Of a stretch of 64,000 bases of DNA, positions 49,688 through 60,199 are shown one piece after another; position 1 is the stretch's first letter; each line of letters starts with the position of its first letter. The translations under genes and the position numbers were made by a program. Source of the stretch: an uncultured delta proteobacterium (lineage in GTDB: Bacteria; Desulfobacterota; Binatia; UBA9968); contig CAVUVW010000014.1 in the NCBI GenBank assembly GCA_963745035.1, forward strand, positions 800,001 through 864,000, read 5' to 3'. The notes under the pieces were generated by a model. That model ran no database searches and had not been told where the DNA came from. It saw only the letters and a list, made by a program, of their open reading frames with translations.

Positions 49688-50753
49688 TTACCGGCGCGGT
49701 GGAGCGATGGAGAGAAGCCTTTTTGGCCCTTGCGACAGCGACTTCGGGTCGGATCGCTCCTCAGGGCGCGCTCGGCGGCGGGCTTCTTGCTTGAGAAACA
49801 GCGGCGTGTCGGTGGGAGTTAACAACAGCGCCGGCCGCTTGCCGGAGCCGGCAGCGCGGGAAAAGAACGTCGCAAGAATGTTTTCAATCGACAGAATCCC
49901 CGCCGTATTGTGATTGCCGTTGACCACGAGACCAACCACGTAACCGGCCGAGTCGACGACCACTCCTCCGCTCATGTGATTATCGATGCGCATGCCCCAG
50001 CGAGTGTCTTTGGCGACCCCTTGGCTCTCCAAATAGGAGGGCGTGTAGACCTCGAGATCGGCGGCAAAATAACCCCGCCGGTTCTTTTCCGTTAAATTCA
50101 AAAAACCTTCGGAGATCACGAAATCATGCTCGCTCGGGAATCCCGCGATGAAAACCCGCTTGGGCGGCAGCAGCGGCGTCAGGTTGAAATCCGCGGAGGG
50201 ATTGCTCACATCGACGCTGGTTTGATCGAAGTCGCGAAGCCGCCAGAACGAAAACGACTGGGAAGAGTCCGTTTTGATCTTGCCGATGACAAAGTCTCGC
50301 TGTTTGATGATTTCGTCGGGGCTGTGCTTTTCCTTGCCTTTGGTCGACTCAGATTCTTTTAAATGCGCGATAATCTCGATGGGGAACTCCCGATCGTCGT
50401 TGACGGCCACGTACCGGACGTTGGGACGGGCGGTCGAGCAATCGATCTGAACCGACAGAGCCGCTGATTTCCCGCTGCGCCGCTAAACAATACTTCATCA
50501 CGTGATAGGCGGTGACGAATAGCCCGTCCGGCGACAGGAGAAAACCCGATCCCAGATTGACGCGGCGCCAGACCTGCTCCTTATCGCGGTATTCGAGAAT
50601 GATCTTGACGCTCCTCGAACGCGCATGCGCCCAGGAAAAGGCGACGCCTGGAGACAGGGAAAATTCCTCGGCGCTCGTGATGAAGTTACTCGATGCCGGC
50701 GCGGGAAAGAGGAACAATACCGCTATAAGGGCTAGGAAGTGAACGTGGAACAC
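49688..50753 (-). CDS. Secreted trypsin-like serine protease (frameshift near 50450)
   Basis: GSGFLLSPDGLFVTAYHV (His), RDFVI (Asp), HMSGG.VVD..G.VVGL (Ser). Confidence 0.7.
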
Positions 50754-50928
50754 TGTGCAAATTTTTCATTTTTTATCCCATCCGGTGGCAAAAGGCAAAG
50801 TTTTTTTCCGATTGGGCAAAATTTTTTCGCTCTTGACTGGAAACTTTTCACGGACGGCGGGCGTCAGCCAAACACTTACAACGCAGTGGAGGCGAACATC
50901 ATCTTCGGGGTGACGATCGCTACCGACT

Positions 50929-50943
50929 TGGCATGTGTCTTGC
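50929..50943 (+). promoter_or_regulatory. Sigma54 -24/-12 promoter candidate
   Basis: TGGCATGTGTCTTGC against TGGCACG-N4-TTGC, 67 nt before the 51010 start. Confidence 0.6.
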
Positions 50944-51009
50944 GCCTTCAAATGGGCAGCAATGGGCGAGTCTGATTCGCTCAAATAAGATCGAGAGGAG
51001 TTTAGGCCA

Positions 51010-51198
51010 ATGGCTAGATATGGCGCAAAAGCGTCTGAGAAAGTTAAAAAAGCGATGCGTGAACGGAAGAAAGGAAAATTGCGAAGCGGGCGTTCGGGAA
51101 AGAAGGTGACGAGCCGCAAACAAGCGATCGCGATTGGACTGTCCCAGGCGCGCCGGGCCGGGGGAAAAGTCCCGCGCAAAAAATCCAAAAAGAAGTAA
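51010..51198 (+). CDS. DUF6496-type small basic protein
   Basis: KVKKAMRE.K.GKLRSGRSGKKVTSRKQAIAIGLS; GAGGAG RBS. Confidence 0.85.
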   Translation: MARYGAKASEKVKKAMRERKKGKLRSGRSGKKVTSRKQAIAIGLSQARRAGGKVPRKKSKKK

Positions 51199-51287
51199 CG
51201 CGGACGGGTCGAAACCGATCTTCATGGAGCGCGCCGGCGAGGATCAATTATCTCGGGGCGCGCTCCATAGTTTCGTGAGAACAAACG

Positions 51288-51674
51288 TCAGCGGAAGAAT
51301 AGATTCCCGTGGGACGGAGAGCTTGCGCGCTGGTATAGTCGCCGCGTCGCCTGACGGCGAGATGACCCGGCGCGCAGCAACAGAATAAGAAAGAGAACGG
51401 CAAGGACGCCAGTGAAAAGCGGCGCAATCACCATCCAGAGAGCGCTTAAGTTAAGCAGAATCACCGCTTGAACTACGCCAAGAATAAAGAAGCAGAGCGC
51501 GAGCGCCACGAAACCAAGCCAAATCCAGACCGAGAGCGTCGCCTGCTTCGATGTGCCGAAAAAGAGCCGCAGCTCTTGCGGTCTTACCAGGTGTGTTCCG
51601 CGTGCCGTTCGAGCCAGTGCTACCGCCGCTAGGCCAAGCGGAACAAGCCAGAGAAAGAAAAGCATTTTCCACAT
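51288..51674 (-). CDS. Hypothetical membrane protein
   Basis: Three hydrophobic segments. Confidence 0.55.
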   Translation of the reverse strand: MWKMLFFLWLVPLGLAAVALARTARGTHLVRPQELRLFFGTSKQATLSVWIWLGFVALALCFFILGVVQAVILLNLSALWMVIAPLFTGVLAVLFLILLLRAGSSRRQATRRLYQRASSPSHGNLFFR

Positions 51675-51944
51675 AAGACACCGTAGCGTTGGCGGATCGT
51701 GTTCGGGGCCACGCTTGAGAAAGTAAAAAGCAAACTACATTCCACTCCGAGTAGCTTAATTTTGCTAGCGAAACTTTAGTAATGCGGATTTTCATAGTAG
51801 GAAAAACTCAGACAGGAAGAAGAAATCGGAAAAATGGGTGAATATTTCACGTTGATCCCTTAAGCGAAGGCAAGTAATCTGCCGTCAGCTTTGATCTCTC
51901 AGATATTCTCCCCTCGAATTGCCACCACGGATCGCGCGCGGCGA

Positions 51945-52601
51945 ATGAAGCGGGCGCGTTCTCGATTCACCATTTTTGCGTTTCTCGGCGCGCTTCTTTC
52001 CGGCTGCGGCGGCGACCGATTCGATGATCTTCGAAATATCCGCTCGCCGGGCGAGGCGATTGTCTGTTTCGGCGACAGCTTGACGGAAGGAGTTGGCGCC
52101 GGTTCCGGAGAGGATTATCCCGCGGTGCTCTCGCGCGAGCTCGGCAGGCCGGTGATCAACGCGGGCCGGCGCGGTGATACGACGGCGCGCGCTCTGGAGC
52201 GAGTTTCCGACGCGGTATTGAGTAAGAATCCAAGGCTTGTCGTCGTCCTTCTCGGCGGCAATGATTTCCTCCAACGATTGGCGCGGCAGGATACGCGCAA
52301 AAACCTCGAAGAAATAATCCAGCGCGTGCAGGCGAGCGGCGCGATGGTGGCCGTGGTCGGCATGAGGCTTGGCTTGTTTACCGACGAGTACGCGTCGCTC
52401 TTTGAAGAGACCGCACGGCAAGCCGGCGCGCTCTACATTCCGGGCGTGATGAAAGGCATTCTTTCGGATGCGAAATTAAGAAGCGATCCGATCCATCCCA
52501 ACAGCGCCGGCTATCGCCTGCTCGCCGAACGCATCGGTGAAAAAATCAAGCCGCTGTTGCGAGAGTCCGATCGCTTGAGAGGGTCGACCTTGGCCGGGTA
52601 A
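51945..52601 (+). CDS. SGNH/GDSL arylesterase (TesA-like) lipoprotein
   Basis: LSGC lipobox, FGDSLT, INAG, LGGND, DPIHPN. Confidence 0.9.
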   Translation: MKRARSRFTIFAFLGALLSGCGGDRFDDLRNIRSPGEAIVCFGDSLTEGVGAGSGEDYPAVLSRELGRPVINAGRRGDTTARALERVSDAVLSKNPRLVVVLLGGNDFLQRLARQDTRKNLEEIIQRVQASGAMVAVVGMRLGLFTDEYASLFEETARQAGALYIPGVMKGILSDAKLRSDPIHPNSAGYRLLAERIGEKIKPLLRESDRLRGSTLAG

Positions 52602-53487
52602 GCTGCCTGACAGCCAGAGCCACCAGCAAGACGCCGATCCAGGTCGCGACGCCGCTCACGATCTTCGGATCGGTGGAGCCGAATGCCCAGCCGAGATCCT
52701 GCCGGACGAAGTCGCCGACGATGCGAATCGATCCAATGGCGACGATCCATCCCGCATGGAGGCCGATCGAAAGATACAAGTTGCCGGTCCGCGCCAGAGC
52801 ATAGCTGAGCACGACACCGATCAGGAAAAGCCCGATCAGTCCCGGCAGCAGCTCGAGCGGGTCGAGAAAAGGCTGGAAAGTCGTCAGCAGATGGCGAAAG
52901 CCGGCCAAGACATCCAACCGGTCGAGAAAATACTCTTGGCTCGGCTTCACGAAATGGAGCGCGGCATAGAAAAGATTGGCGAGCAGGTAGGCTCTCACGC
53001 CGCCGTGCGATCTTAAAATACTGAGAAACAGCATGCCACGAAAAAAAACTTCTTCCAGAAAGCCGGCGAACAGGCCGCCGGCCAGCGCGCTTGCCAAACG
53101 CCCGAGCGACCGCTCCAGTGACAAGCGAAAAAACGGCGTGTACACATCGGCGACCGTCATTGCGGCCAGCAGCAGCGCCACCGACCCGAACGCCAAGCCG
53201 AAACCAGCTAAAAAATTGCGCCGGGCCGGCGCAACCGGGACCGCAAGCAATGCTTTGATTTCAGTCGGGATCAGCTGGCGTCGCAAGAAAACAAACAAAA
53301 TCACGCTGGCGAGCATGAAAGATCGGTTAAAGACCCGAGCGAACGGAACGCGTTGTGACAGCACGCCCGGCCAGCCAGCCGCGACCCAGTCGGCGCAGAG
53401 CGCCATCCACGGCGCTGCTACGCAAGCCAATCCCAGGGCAAGGAGCAAGAAGATCAGCAAACGATTGTGTGTCTTGAGTGATCTCAT
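52546..53487 (-). CDS. CPBP (CAAX protease/Abi) intramembrane metalloprotease
   Basis: EEVFFRG, FYAALH, SIGLHAGW. Confidence 0.88.
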   Translation of the reverse strand: MRSLKTHNRLLIFLLLALGLACVAAPWMALCADWVAAGWPGVLSQRVPFARVFNRSFMLASVILFVFLRRQLIPTEIKALLAVPVAPARRNFLAGFGLAFGSVALLLAAMTVADVYTPFFRLSLERSLGRLASALAGGLFAGFLEEVFFRGMLFLSILRSHGGVRAYLLANLFYAALHFVKPSQEYFLDRLDVLAGFRHLLTTFQPFLDPLELLPGLIGLFLIGVVLSYALARTGNLYLSIGLHAGWIVAIGSIRIVGDFVRQDLGWAFGSTDPKIVSGVATWIGVLLVALAVRQLTRPRSTLSSDRTLATAA

Positions 53488-53519
53488 GTGTTCTGTGACT
53501 ATGGTATAGGGCTCACTCG

Positions 53520-54263
53520 ATGGCAAGCAGCGGCGAGAAAGTGTTGTCAGGAAAATGTGCGCTGGTAACCGGCGCGAGCCGGGGCATCGGCCGGGCGATC
53601 GCCGAAGCCTATGCTCGAGCCGGCGCGAGAGTATTTATCTGCGGTAGGAACGAAAGCGGCTTGACGCAAGCGCTTGATGAGATGCGGCAAGTCGGCGCGG
53701 ACGTCGCCGGCCTGGCCGGAGATGTCGGCAATCCAACGGATGCGGATCGGATAGCGCGGGCGGCGATACATCATTGCGGAGCGATCCACGTGCTGGTCAA
53801 TAATGCCAGCATCCTCGGACCGCGCGAGACGATCGCGAGCTATCCACCTGCGGCTTGGGACGAGGTGCTCCGCGTCAATCTCACGGGCATTTTTCTCATC
53901 ACGCGGGCGATTTTGCCGACCATGCTGACGCAGCGAAACGGCTCGATCATCAACGTGACTTCCGGCGTGGGACGGCGCGGCAAGGCGCATTGGGGCGCCT
54001 ACGCCGTGTCCAAGGCGGGCCTGGAAGCGTTCACCCAAGTTCTTGCGGATGAAGTGAGCGAAGCAGCGATCAGGGTGAATGCCGTAAACCCTGCGGCCAC
54101 TCGAACCGAGATGCGCGCGCAGGCCTACCCCCTCGAAGATCCGCGCACGTTGCCGACGCCCGAACAAATCATGCCGGTTTTTCTCTATTTGGCTTCCGAT
54201 GCCAGCGCTTCGGTCAGCGGTCAATCGCTCGAAGCGCGCGATTGGCTCAAGCCCGCAGATTGA
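53520..54263 (+). CDS. SDR oxidoreductase, YciK-like
   Basis: TGASRGIG, NNAS, WGAYAVSK, RTEMRAQAYPLEDP. Confidence 0.88.
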   Translation: MASSGEKVLSGKCALVTGASRGIGRAIAEAYARAGARVFICGRNESGLTQALDEMRQVGADVAGLAGDVGNPTDADRIARAAIHHCGAIHVLVNNASILGPRETIASYPPAAWDEVLRVNLTGIFLITRAILPTMLTQRNGSIINVTSGVGRRGKAHWGAYAVSKAGLEAFTQVLADEVSEAAIRVNAVNPAATRTEMRAQAYPLEDPRTLPTPEQIMPVFLYLASDASASVSGQSLEARDWLKPAD

Positions 54264-54330
54264 CGGGCCCGGCGCGTTCAGCTACAAACGCTCTCATATC
54301 GCGGATTCGACTCTCTCGGGACGCATCACT

Positions 54331-55313
54331 ATGAAAATCCGGCTCGTGTTGTTGTCACTACTGCTGCTCGCCTCACCGATAGGCGCGCAGGAGCTCAAGA
54401 AAATCAAAATCGGCTACCCGGCGATTTCGTACAATCAAATTCACATATGGGTCGCCAAGGATGCGGGACTGTTTCGCAAGCATGGGCTGGATGCCGAAAT
54501 CGTTTTCTTTCGCGGCGGTCAAATGGCGACCCAGGCGCTGGTGGCCGGTGACCCGCCGATCGTCAACATCGGCACGGTCGTGCAAGCGGGGCTGCAAGGC
54601 CATGACGTGGTGCTCATCGGTTCTTCGGAGAACGCCTATAACTACTCCGTGGTGGCGCGCCAGGGGACGACTCAAATCGAGCAACTCAAGGGCAAACGGT
54701 TGGGAGTCAGCGGCTTCGGCTCGGCGTCGCACAACGCGTCGCTCATTCTCCTGAAAAAATTCAATCTCGAGCCGAACAAAGATGTTGCTTTAGTGGTCGC
54801 AGGCCCGACGAGCGATCGCCTGAGCGCGGTCGACGCGGGACGCATCGATGCGACGTTGTTAACGCCGTCCGAGCTGCCGCGCTCGCGCAAGCAGGGGCTC
54901 GTCGAAGTGTACGACCTGGCCGATCTCGGGATTGAAGTGCAGGGGAACGGCTTTGCGACCTCGCGCTCATTTATCAAGAGCCAGCGCGATACCGTCCTCG
55001 GCGCGCTCAAGGGATACGTCGAAGCAATTCATTACATTCATCGCAATCGCGACGAGGCGCGCAAGATCGTCGCCAAGTATCTGCGTTTGACGGATGCAGA
55101 AGTGCTCGACGCCACTTACACGGCGTTTGTGAAGACGGTTTCGAAGAGACCGACGCCGACTCTCAAAGGCATCCAGTTCATGCTCGATGAAGTCGCCGGC
55201 AAGATGCCCAATGCGAAAACGTGCCAAACCTGAGCAGTTCGTCGATTTGTCGCTATTGCAGCAGTTGGACAAGGAAGGATTTTTTCGCCGAAATGGCGAA
55301 GCGATACCCTTAA
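54331..55313 (+). CDS. SsuA/NMT1-type ABC substrate-binding protein (two frameshifts near 55220 and 55285)
   Basis: IKIGYP, GLDAEI, LKGKRLGV; reconstructed tail AKPEQFVDLSLLQQLDKEGFFAEMAKRYP*. Confidence 0.8.
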
Positions 55314-55357
55314 GTACTTCCAAGCGAGCTACAATTCAGACACAGCGAGGTGCGAAC

Positions 55358-55862
55358 ATGAATCTGCAAATCGGCCAGCGTTTTCCCGATTTCGAGCTGC
55401 CGGATCATGACGGGCAACCCGTCAAAGCTCTCCGACGCGGTCGGAAAGTTTCCTTTTATCTTGTCGTTTTATCGCGGCTATTGGTGAGGCAAATGCCAGG
55501 TGCAGTTGCGCCACTATGTAGAACTTCAGCAAGAGCTGGCAATCAACTACTGTAAGCTCGCGGTCGTGAGCGTGGATAGCGTTGCGGTCAACGATGCGTT
55601 TCGGACCGGCCTCGGCGCCGCGTTTCCCTTCCTTAGCGACGAGGAACGGAAAGTCATCAAAATGTTGAACATGACGGAGACGTCGAAAAGCCGCGGCGTA
55701 ACCGCCATGCCCTACACATTCTCGCTCCTGCCGGACTTGACGATTCACAATCTGTACTGCGGCTACTGGTATCTCGGCCGGCCCACTTTGGATGAGCTGC
55801 GCATGGATTTGCGCGCCATGCTGAAGAAAGTGCGTCCCGATTTTGCAGGTCCGGTCGGTTAA
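55358..55862 (+). CDS. Peroxiredoxin-like (AhpC/TSA) probable selenoprotein, UxxC
   Basis: MNLQIGQRFPDFELPD...VK, one extra A near 55425, then LSDAVGKFPFILSFYRGYW-TGA(55485-55487)-GKCQVQL...VSVD...FPFLSD. Confidence 0.8.
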
Positions 55863-55969
55863 CACATTCTCGTGCGACCTGTGCCGGAGGCAAGATGCTA
55901 TTCGTGGGCACGCGCCGGCATCATCTGCACAGAGTTGCAAGCTCAGCGCTTAATCGGTAAGCTTTTTCT

Positions 55970-56224
55970 ATGATCTCCCCTGAAGAAATAAAGGAAACTC
56001 TGAGTAAGGCGATCCCTGTGAACCTGGTCGAAACGCAGGATTTGACCGGCGGCGGCGATCACTGGCAGCTTATTGTCGTTTCGCCTGCGTTCGAGGGCAA
56101 AGGACTCATCGAACAGCATCGTTTAATCAACGAAGCTCTGAAAGAGCCGTTAGGCGATCAACGGATTCACGCATTATCGCTAAAGACATATAGTCCGGCA
56201 CAGTGGGACAAACTGGGCTCTTAA
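55970..56224 (+). CDS. bolA: BolA/IbaG family protein
   Basis: GDHW..IVVSPAFEGK..IEQHRL...IHALSLKT. Confidence 0.92.
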   Translation: MISPEEIKETLSKAIPVNLVETQDLTGGGDHWQLIVVSPAFEGKGLIEQHRLINEALKEPLGDQRIHALSLKTYSPAQWDKLGS

Positions 56225-56248
56225 CAATTACCGGAAAAGGAGAAGTTT

Positions 56249-56572
56249 ATGGCCGAGGATGTCAAAGGTCGAATCGACGAAGGAGTTAAGAACAACAAGG
56301 TCATGGTTTACATGAAAGGCACGCCGGATTTTCCACAGTGCGGCTTTTCCGCGCACACCGTGGAAATTCTAAAATCCTACGGGGTTCCATTTGCCAGCGA
56401 GGATGTTTTGGCCGACCCTGCGATAAGGGAAGGGATCAAACGGTACTCGAATTGGCCCACGATTCCCCAGGTTTACATCGATGGTAAGTTCGTCGGCGGT
56501 TGCGATATTGTGCACGAGATGCACGAACGCGGCGAACTCGAGCCCTTGTTGAAATCTGCATTCAGCAAGTAA
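56249..56572 (+). CDS. grxD: Monothiol glutaredoxin Grx4
   Basis: MKGTPDFPQCGFS, WPTIPQ, GGCD. Confidence 0.95.
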   Translation: MAEDVKGRIDEGVKNNKVMVYMKGTPDFPQCGFSAHTVEILKSYGVPFASEDVLADPAIREGIKRYSNWPTIPQVYIDGKFVGGCDIVHEMHERGELEPLLKSAFSK

Positions 56573-56629
56573 GCAAGCAATATTCAGCGCGCCCGCTCGT
56601 CTAAGCTGCATCTGGAGAGGGCGAACGAT

Positions 56630-57028
56630 ATGAAAAACCACGCAATTGTATTCTTTATCCTCGCGACGATCTTTGTCAGCTCATGCGCTACGTTGGGCCG
56701 ATTCAACCCGGGATATGCCAGCTTCGATCAGGGTTTGGTATTGTTTAATCAGGGCCACTTCGCCGAGGCGGTTCCTCATTTCGAGCGCGCAACGCGAGAA
56801 AATCCCGAGTTCGGCGAAGCGTACTTTTATCTCGGACGTTCCTATGTGAGCCAGAGCAAATGGCGCGCTGCGATTCCGCCGCTGCGCACGGCGTTCAGGC
56901 TTTCGCCGCGCGAAGCGCAGCAGGAAATCATCAACCTGATCATGGACGCGACGTTTGCGGCGGCGCTCAACGATTTCAATTTGGGCGGCGCGCGTGGGCA
57001 ACCCGAGCAGTTCAAGGAAATTCTTTAA
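56630..57028 (+). CDS. TPR lipoprotein
   Basis: VSSC lipobox; two TPR-like repeats (EAYFYLGRSY). Confidence 0.8.
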   Translation: MKNHAIVFFILATIFVSSCATLGRFNPGYASFDQGLVLFNQGHFAEAVPHFERATRENPEFGEAYFYLGRSYVSQSKWRAAIPPLRTAFRLSPREAQQEIINLIMDATFAAALNDFNLGGARGQPEQFKEIL

Positions 57029-57128
57029 GCCGTAGTTTTCCTTTCATTTCGACATGCATGGCGTTGCGCCGCACAAATGTGGCGACGTCGGCATCCGGTT
57101 CTCGAGCACACAGTAAGGGGGCGGGTGT

Positions 57129-57851
57129 ATGTTTAGGCCAATCCTGGTGGCCGCGCTGCTGGCGGCGACCGCCGCGCCGGCTTCGGCGCAGCTCGATAAG
57201 GTCTTGAAAGGCATCGGCGGATTGTCGGGCGGCGGCAGCGGGTTGAGCGATGCGAAGATCGGCTCCGGTTTGCAGGAAGCGTTGAAGTTTGGAACGGAGA
57301 ATGCGGTCGTTCAAACCGGCGCGCCGGACGGCTTTCTCATGAACAAAGCCATCAAAATTTTGATGCCGAGGCAGCTGCAATCGATCGAGCAGCCGCTTCG
57401 GTTGGTCGGCTATGGCCCGCAGATCGACGAGTTCGTCGTCAGCATGAACCGTGCTGCCGAAAAGGCCGTGCCATTCGCCAAGGAAATCTTCTGGGACGCC
57501 ATCGGCCAGATGACCTTCGATGACGCACACAAAATTCTCAACGGCAGCGACACTGCGGCGACGGACTATTTCAAGGCGAAAACTTCAAAGAAGCTGCATA
57601 CTGCGTTCCGGCCGCCGGTCGAAGGGGTCATGGCCGATGTCGGCGTTACGCGCCAGTACAACGATCTGATCGGCAAATATAAGAGCGTGCCCTTCGCTCA
57701 AAGTATTTCCTTCGACATCAATCAGTATGTAACTGAAAAAACGACGGATGGAATCTTCTTCGTCGTCGGCCAGGAGGAAAAGAAAATCCGCACCAACCCC
57801 GCCGCGCGCGCCACGGATCTCTTGAAAGAAGTGTTCGGTAGCAGGAGATAG
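57129..57851 (+). CDS. DUF4197 domain protein
   Basis: [42 protein letters not shown]. Confidence 0.9.
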   Translation: MFRPILVAALLAATAAPASAQLDKVLKGIGGLSGGGSGLSDAKIGSGLQEALKFGTENAVVQTGAPDGFLMNKAIKILMPRQLQSIEQPLRLVGYGPQIDEFVVSMNRAAEKAVPFAKEIFWDAIGQMTFDDAHKILNGSDTAATDYFKAKTSKKLHTAFRPPVEGVMADVGVTRQYNDLIGKYKSVPFAQSISFDINQYVTEKTTDGIFFVVGQEEKKIRTNPAARATDLLKEVFGSRR

Positions 57852-57936
57852 CCGGGCTTTAAGTGTCGCAGATAAGACGGCGAGTCGAAGGGTTCTCGTC
57901 CCGCATCTTCCTGCGGAGAGAACTATTCTATCGTCC

Positions 57937-57968
57937 GTCATTCCCGCATGTTTTTAGCGGGAATCCAG
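57937..57968. repeat. REP-like hairpin between convergent genes
   Basis: GTCATTCCCGC-N9-GCGGGAATCCAG. Confidence 0.65.
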
Positions 57969-58001
57969 GCGAATCCGAATCTGGCTCCCCGATAAAAGCG
58001 A

Positions 58002-58727
58002 TCAATTCGCCAGCGACGCCATCAGTCGTCCGAAGCCGGATACCTCCTGCTTCACCTTGGCCATCTTTAAGGCGTGCCAGATATAAGCCTGGCAGCTTGT
58101 GACTACGGGCTTGCCGATTTCCCTTTCGAGCAAATCGACATCGGTGATCGTCGGCCAGCGTGGGCAGGGGACGAAAACGCCGTCGGCTTCCGGCGCTTGT
58201 TCGTACAGGCGCTTGGCTATTTTGTAGGCCGCATGCACGTCCATATCGGTCAGGTCAGCGTTTTTTCTGACTCCATAGCCTTGAATTTTCAATACGTTAA
58301 AGCCAGAGGCTTCGAGAAAGACTTTCATGCGCTCGTTGAGCGTGTCTTCGTGCGGCGTGGCGACGACGAGTTTTTTTAGGCCGAGCGATTTGAGCGCTTC
58401 GACTTCGCCGGTGATGCCGGGTGAAACCGGCACGCCGAATTTCGCCGTGAGCTTCTTGCCCATTTCGATATCGCTGCCGTGGCCGAGCTTGGTGAAAAGC
58501 GGCGAGCCGCCGATGATGATGGAGTCGCACTTGTTCTCGACCAGATCCGCGGCGGCTTCTTCGATGCGCTGCAGCTGGCGCTCGAAATCGGCATCGACCA
58601 GTTGGCGGATGGTTCCCGTGCTGTTGAGGATCATGAATCCATCCGGGAGCATCTGATAAAATTCGTAAACCAACGTGTCGCCGCGCGATGGGGCGACATG
58701 ACCGATCTTTGCGCGCCAGCCGTACAT
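58002..58727 (-). CDS. Maleate isomerase / arylmalonate decarboxylase family protein
   Basis: YGWRAKIG, VVATP, ADGVFVPC, LEREIGKPVVTS.QA. Confidence 0.85.
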   Translation of the reverse strand: MYGWRAKIGHVAPSRGDTLVYEFYQMLPDGFMILNSTGTIRQLVDADFERQLQRIEEAAADLVENKCDSIIIGGSPLFTKLGHGSDIEMGKKLTAKFGVPVSPGITGEVEALKSLGLKKLVVATPHEDTLNERMKVFLEASGFNVLKIQGYGVRKNADLTDMDVHAAYKIAKRLYEQAPEADGVFVPCPRWPTITDVDLLEREIGKPVVTSCQAYIWHALKMAKVKQEVSGFGRLMASLAN

Positions 58728-58805
58728 TATTTCCTCCTAAGTAACGTTAACATCTTCTAGAGTTTCGGGCCTTTTCTTTGAACTTTGGCTTTGATTGAAG
58801 CCTTT

Positions 58806-58845
58806 CGTTCAAGCCGTTCAAACCGTTCAAGCCGTTCAAATCGTT
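58806..58845. repeat. Tandem 9-mer CGTTCAARY x4
   Basis: CGTTCAAGC CGTTCAAAC CGTTCAAGC CGTTCAAAT CGTT. Confidence 0.85.
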
Positions 58846-58862
58846 TCGGATAGCTTGAGCCG

Positions 58863-59613
58863 TCACCAATTCAACCACGCGCCGTTGATGTGGATCGTTT
58901 GGCCGGTGATGTATCTGTTCTCGTCGGTGGCGAGGAAGAGCACGGCGCTGGCGATTTCTTCAGGTGTAGCGGTGCGGCCTATCGGGATCTGCGCCTCGGC
59001 AGCGGCCCAGGCTTCGTCGCTGAAGTGGCTGCGCACTCTTTCGGTAAAGACGCGGCCAGGAGCGACGGCGTTGATATTGATGCCGTCGCGGGCTACTTCC
59101 AACGCCAGTGATTTGGTGAACGCCGACACGCCGGCTTTGGCCGCTGAATAGCTCGAGCGTGTGGCGCTGCCGGTATAGCCGTAGATAGAAGAAATGTTGA
59201 CGATCTTGCCGTAGTTTTGTTTGAGCATGACGGGCAGCACGGCTTGCGAGCACAAAAACGACCGACTTCAAGTTCATGTCGACGACATGATCCCAATCCG
59301 CGGCGGTCATATCAATCACGGGTATTCTTTCGGCGCCACCGGCAACGTTGACCAGGATGTCGATGCGGTGCCAGCGGTCGAGGGCGGCTTGCATCATGTC
59401 GCCGACCGCTTTCTTATTCGTCACGTCGGCAACGAGCGGAATGGCATCGGCGCCTTGGGCGGTCAATTCAGCAGCCACCGCGTTCGCTGTTTTCGGATCG
59501 ACATCCGCAACGGCGACCTTGGCGCCTTCCGTCGCGAAGCGGCGGGCTATCGCGCCGCCGATGCCGCCCCCGCCGCCGGTGACGATCGCGATCTTGTTTT
59601 GGATTGCCCCCAT
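58863..59613 (-). CDS. SDR oxidoreductase, FabG-like (frameshift near 59258)
   Basis: TGGGGGIG, VNVAG, then YSAAK, INAVAPG, ITGQTI in the shifted frame. Confidence 0.88.
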
Positions 59614-59626
59614 GACTTCTTCACGC

Positions 59627-60199
59627 CTATTTCAAGTGATGCCAAAGCTCATCAAACTCGTGAATGCGCCGGACCTTCGGATGGCTAAACGCCTGATTGT
59701 AGGGGCGGTGCGGCATGAATACCAAAGCATCGGTTTCGTCCGCAACGTCCTCGCAATTTTCATGGCGATCATCGACGAAAAGCTCGATCTTGAGCGAGCG
59801 GATCAACGCGGATTTTTTCTCCTGGGTGAAATGGACCACCGGCCGCGTCAGTCCGTGCCTACGCAGCCAGTCGCAGGTGATTTGATGAATGTCGTAGGTG
59901 TCGCGCACCCAGCGATGGGTGACGAAGACGACGTCGTGCTCCTGGCTGATGCGTTCCAGAGTCTGCCACTGGTTGGATGTGAGCAGCGGTGTCATGGCGC
60001 GCCAGAATGCCGGATCATAGGACGCGCTTTCCATGCACTCGGAAATAATTTCCTTGGTCAGAAACGGATGCTGCATGAAATTCGGATCCGTGATCGACGC
60101 CGGATCGATGCATCCGTTGCCGCAGCGCGCTTCGAGGAGCTTTAGAAAAGGCGTGATAAAATCCGCCACCACGCCGTCGATGTCTAGTCCGAAAACCAT
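59627..60199 (-). CDS. HAD-superfamily 5'(3')-nucleotidase-like protein
   Basis: LDIDGV.ADF, FVTHR, FVDD, RPYN. Confidence 0.8.
   Translation of the reverse strand: MVFGLDIDGVVADFITPFLKLLEARCGNGCIDPASITDPNFMQHPFLTKEIISECMESASYDPAFWRAMTPLLTSNQWQTLERISQEHDVVFVTHRWVRDTYDIHQITCDWLRRHGLTRPVVHFTQEKKSALIRSLKIELFVDDRHENCEDVADETDALVFMPHRPYNQAFSHPKVRRIHEFDELWHHLK

Noticed and set aside
52546-53487. CPBP/Abi protein as a phage defence system
   Set aside because: Common housekeeping membrane protease family with no defence context.
55485-55487. TGA as evidence of an alternative genetic code
   Set aside because: Many genes here end normally in TGA; read-through is indicated only at this catalytic Cys position.
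58806-58845. CRISPR array
   Set aside because: Contiguous 9-mers with no spacers and no cas genes.
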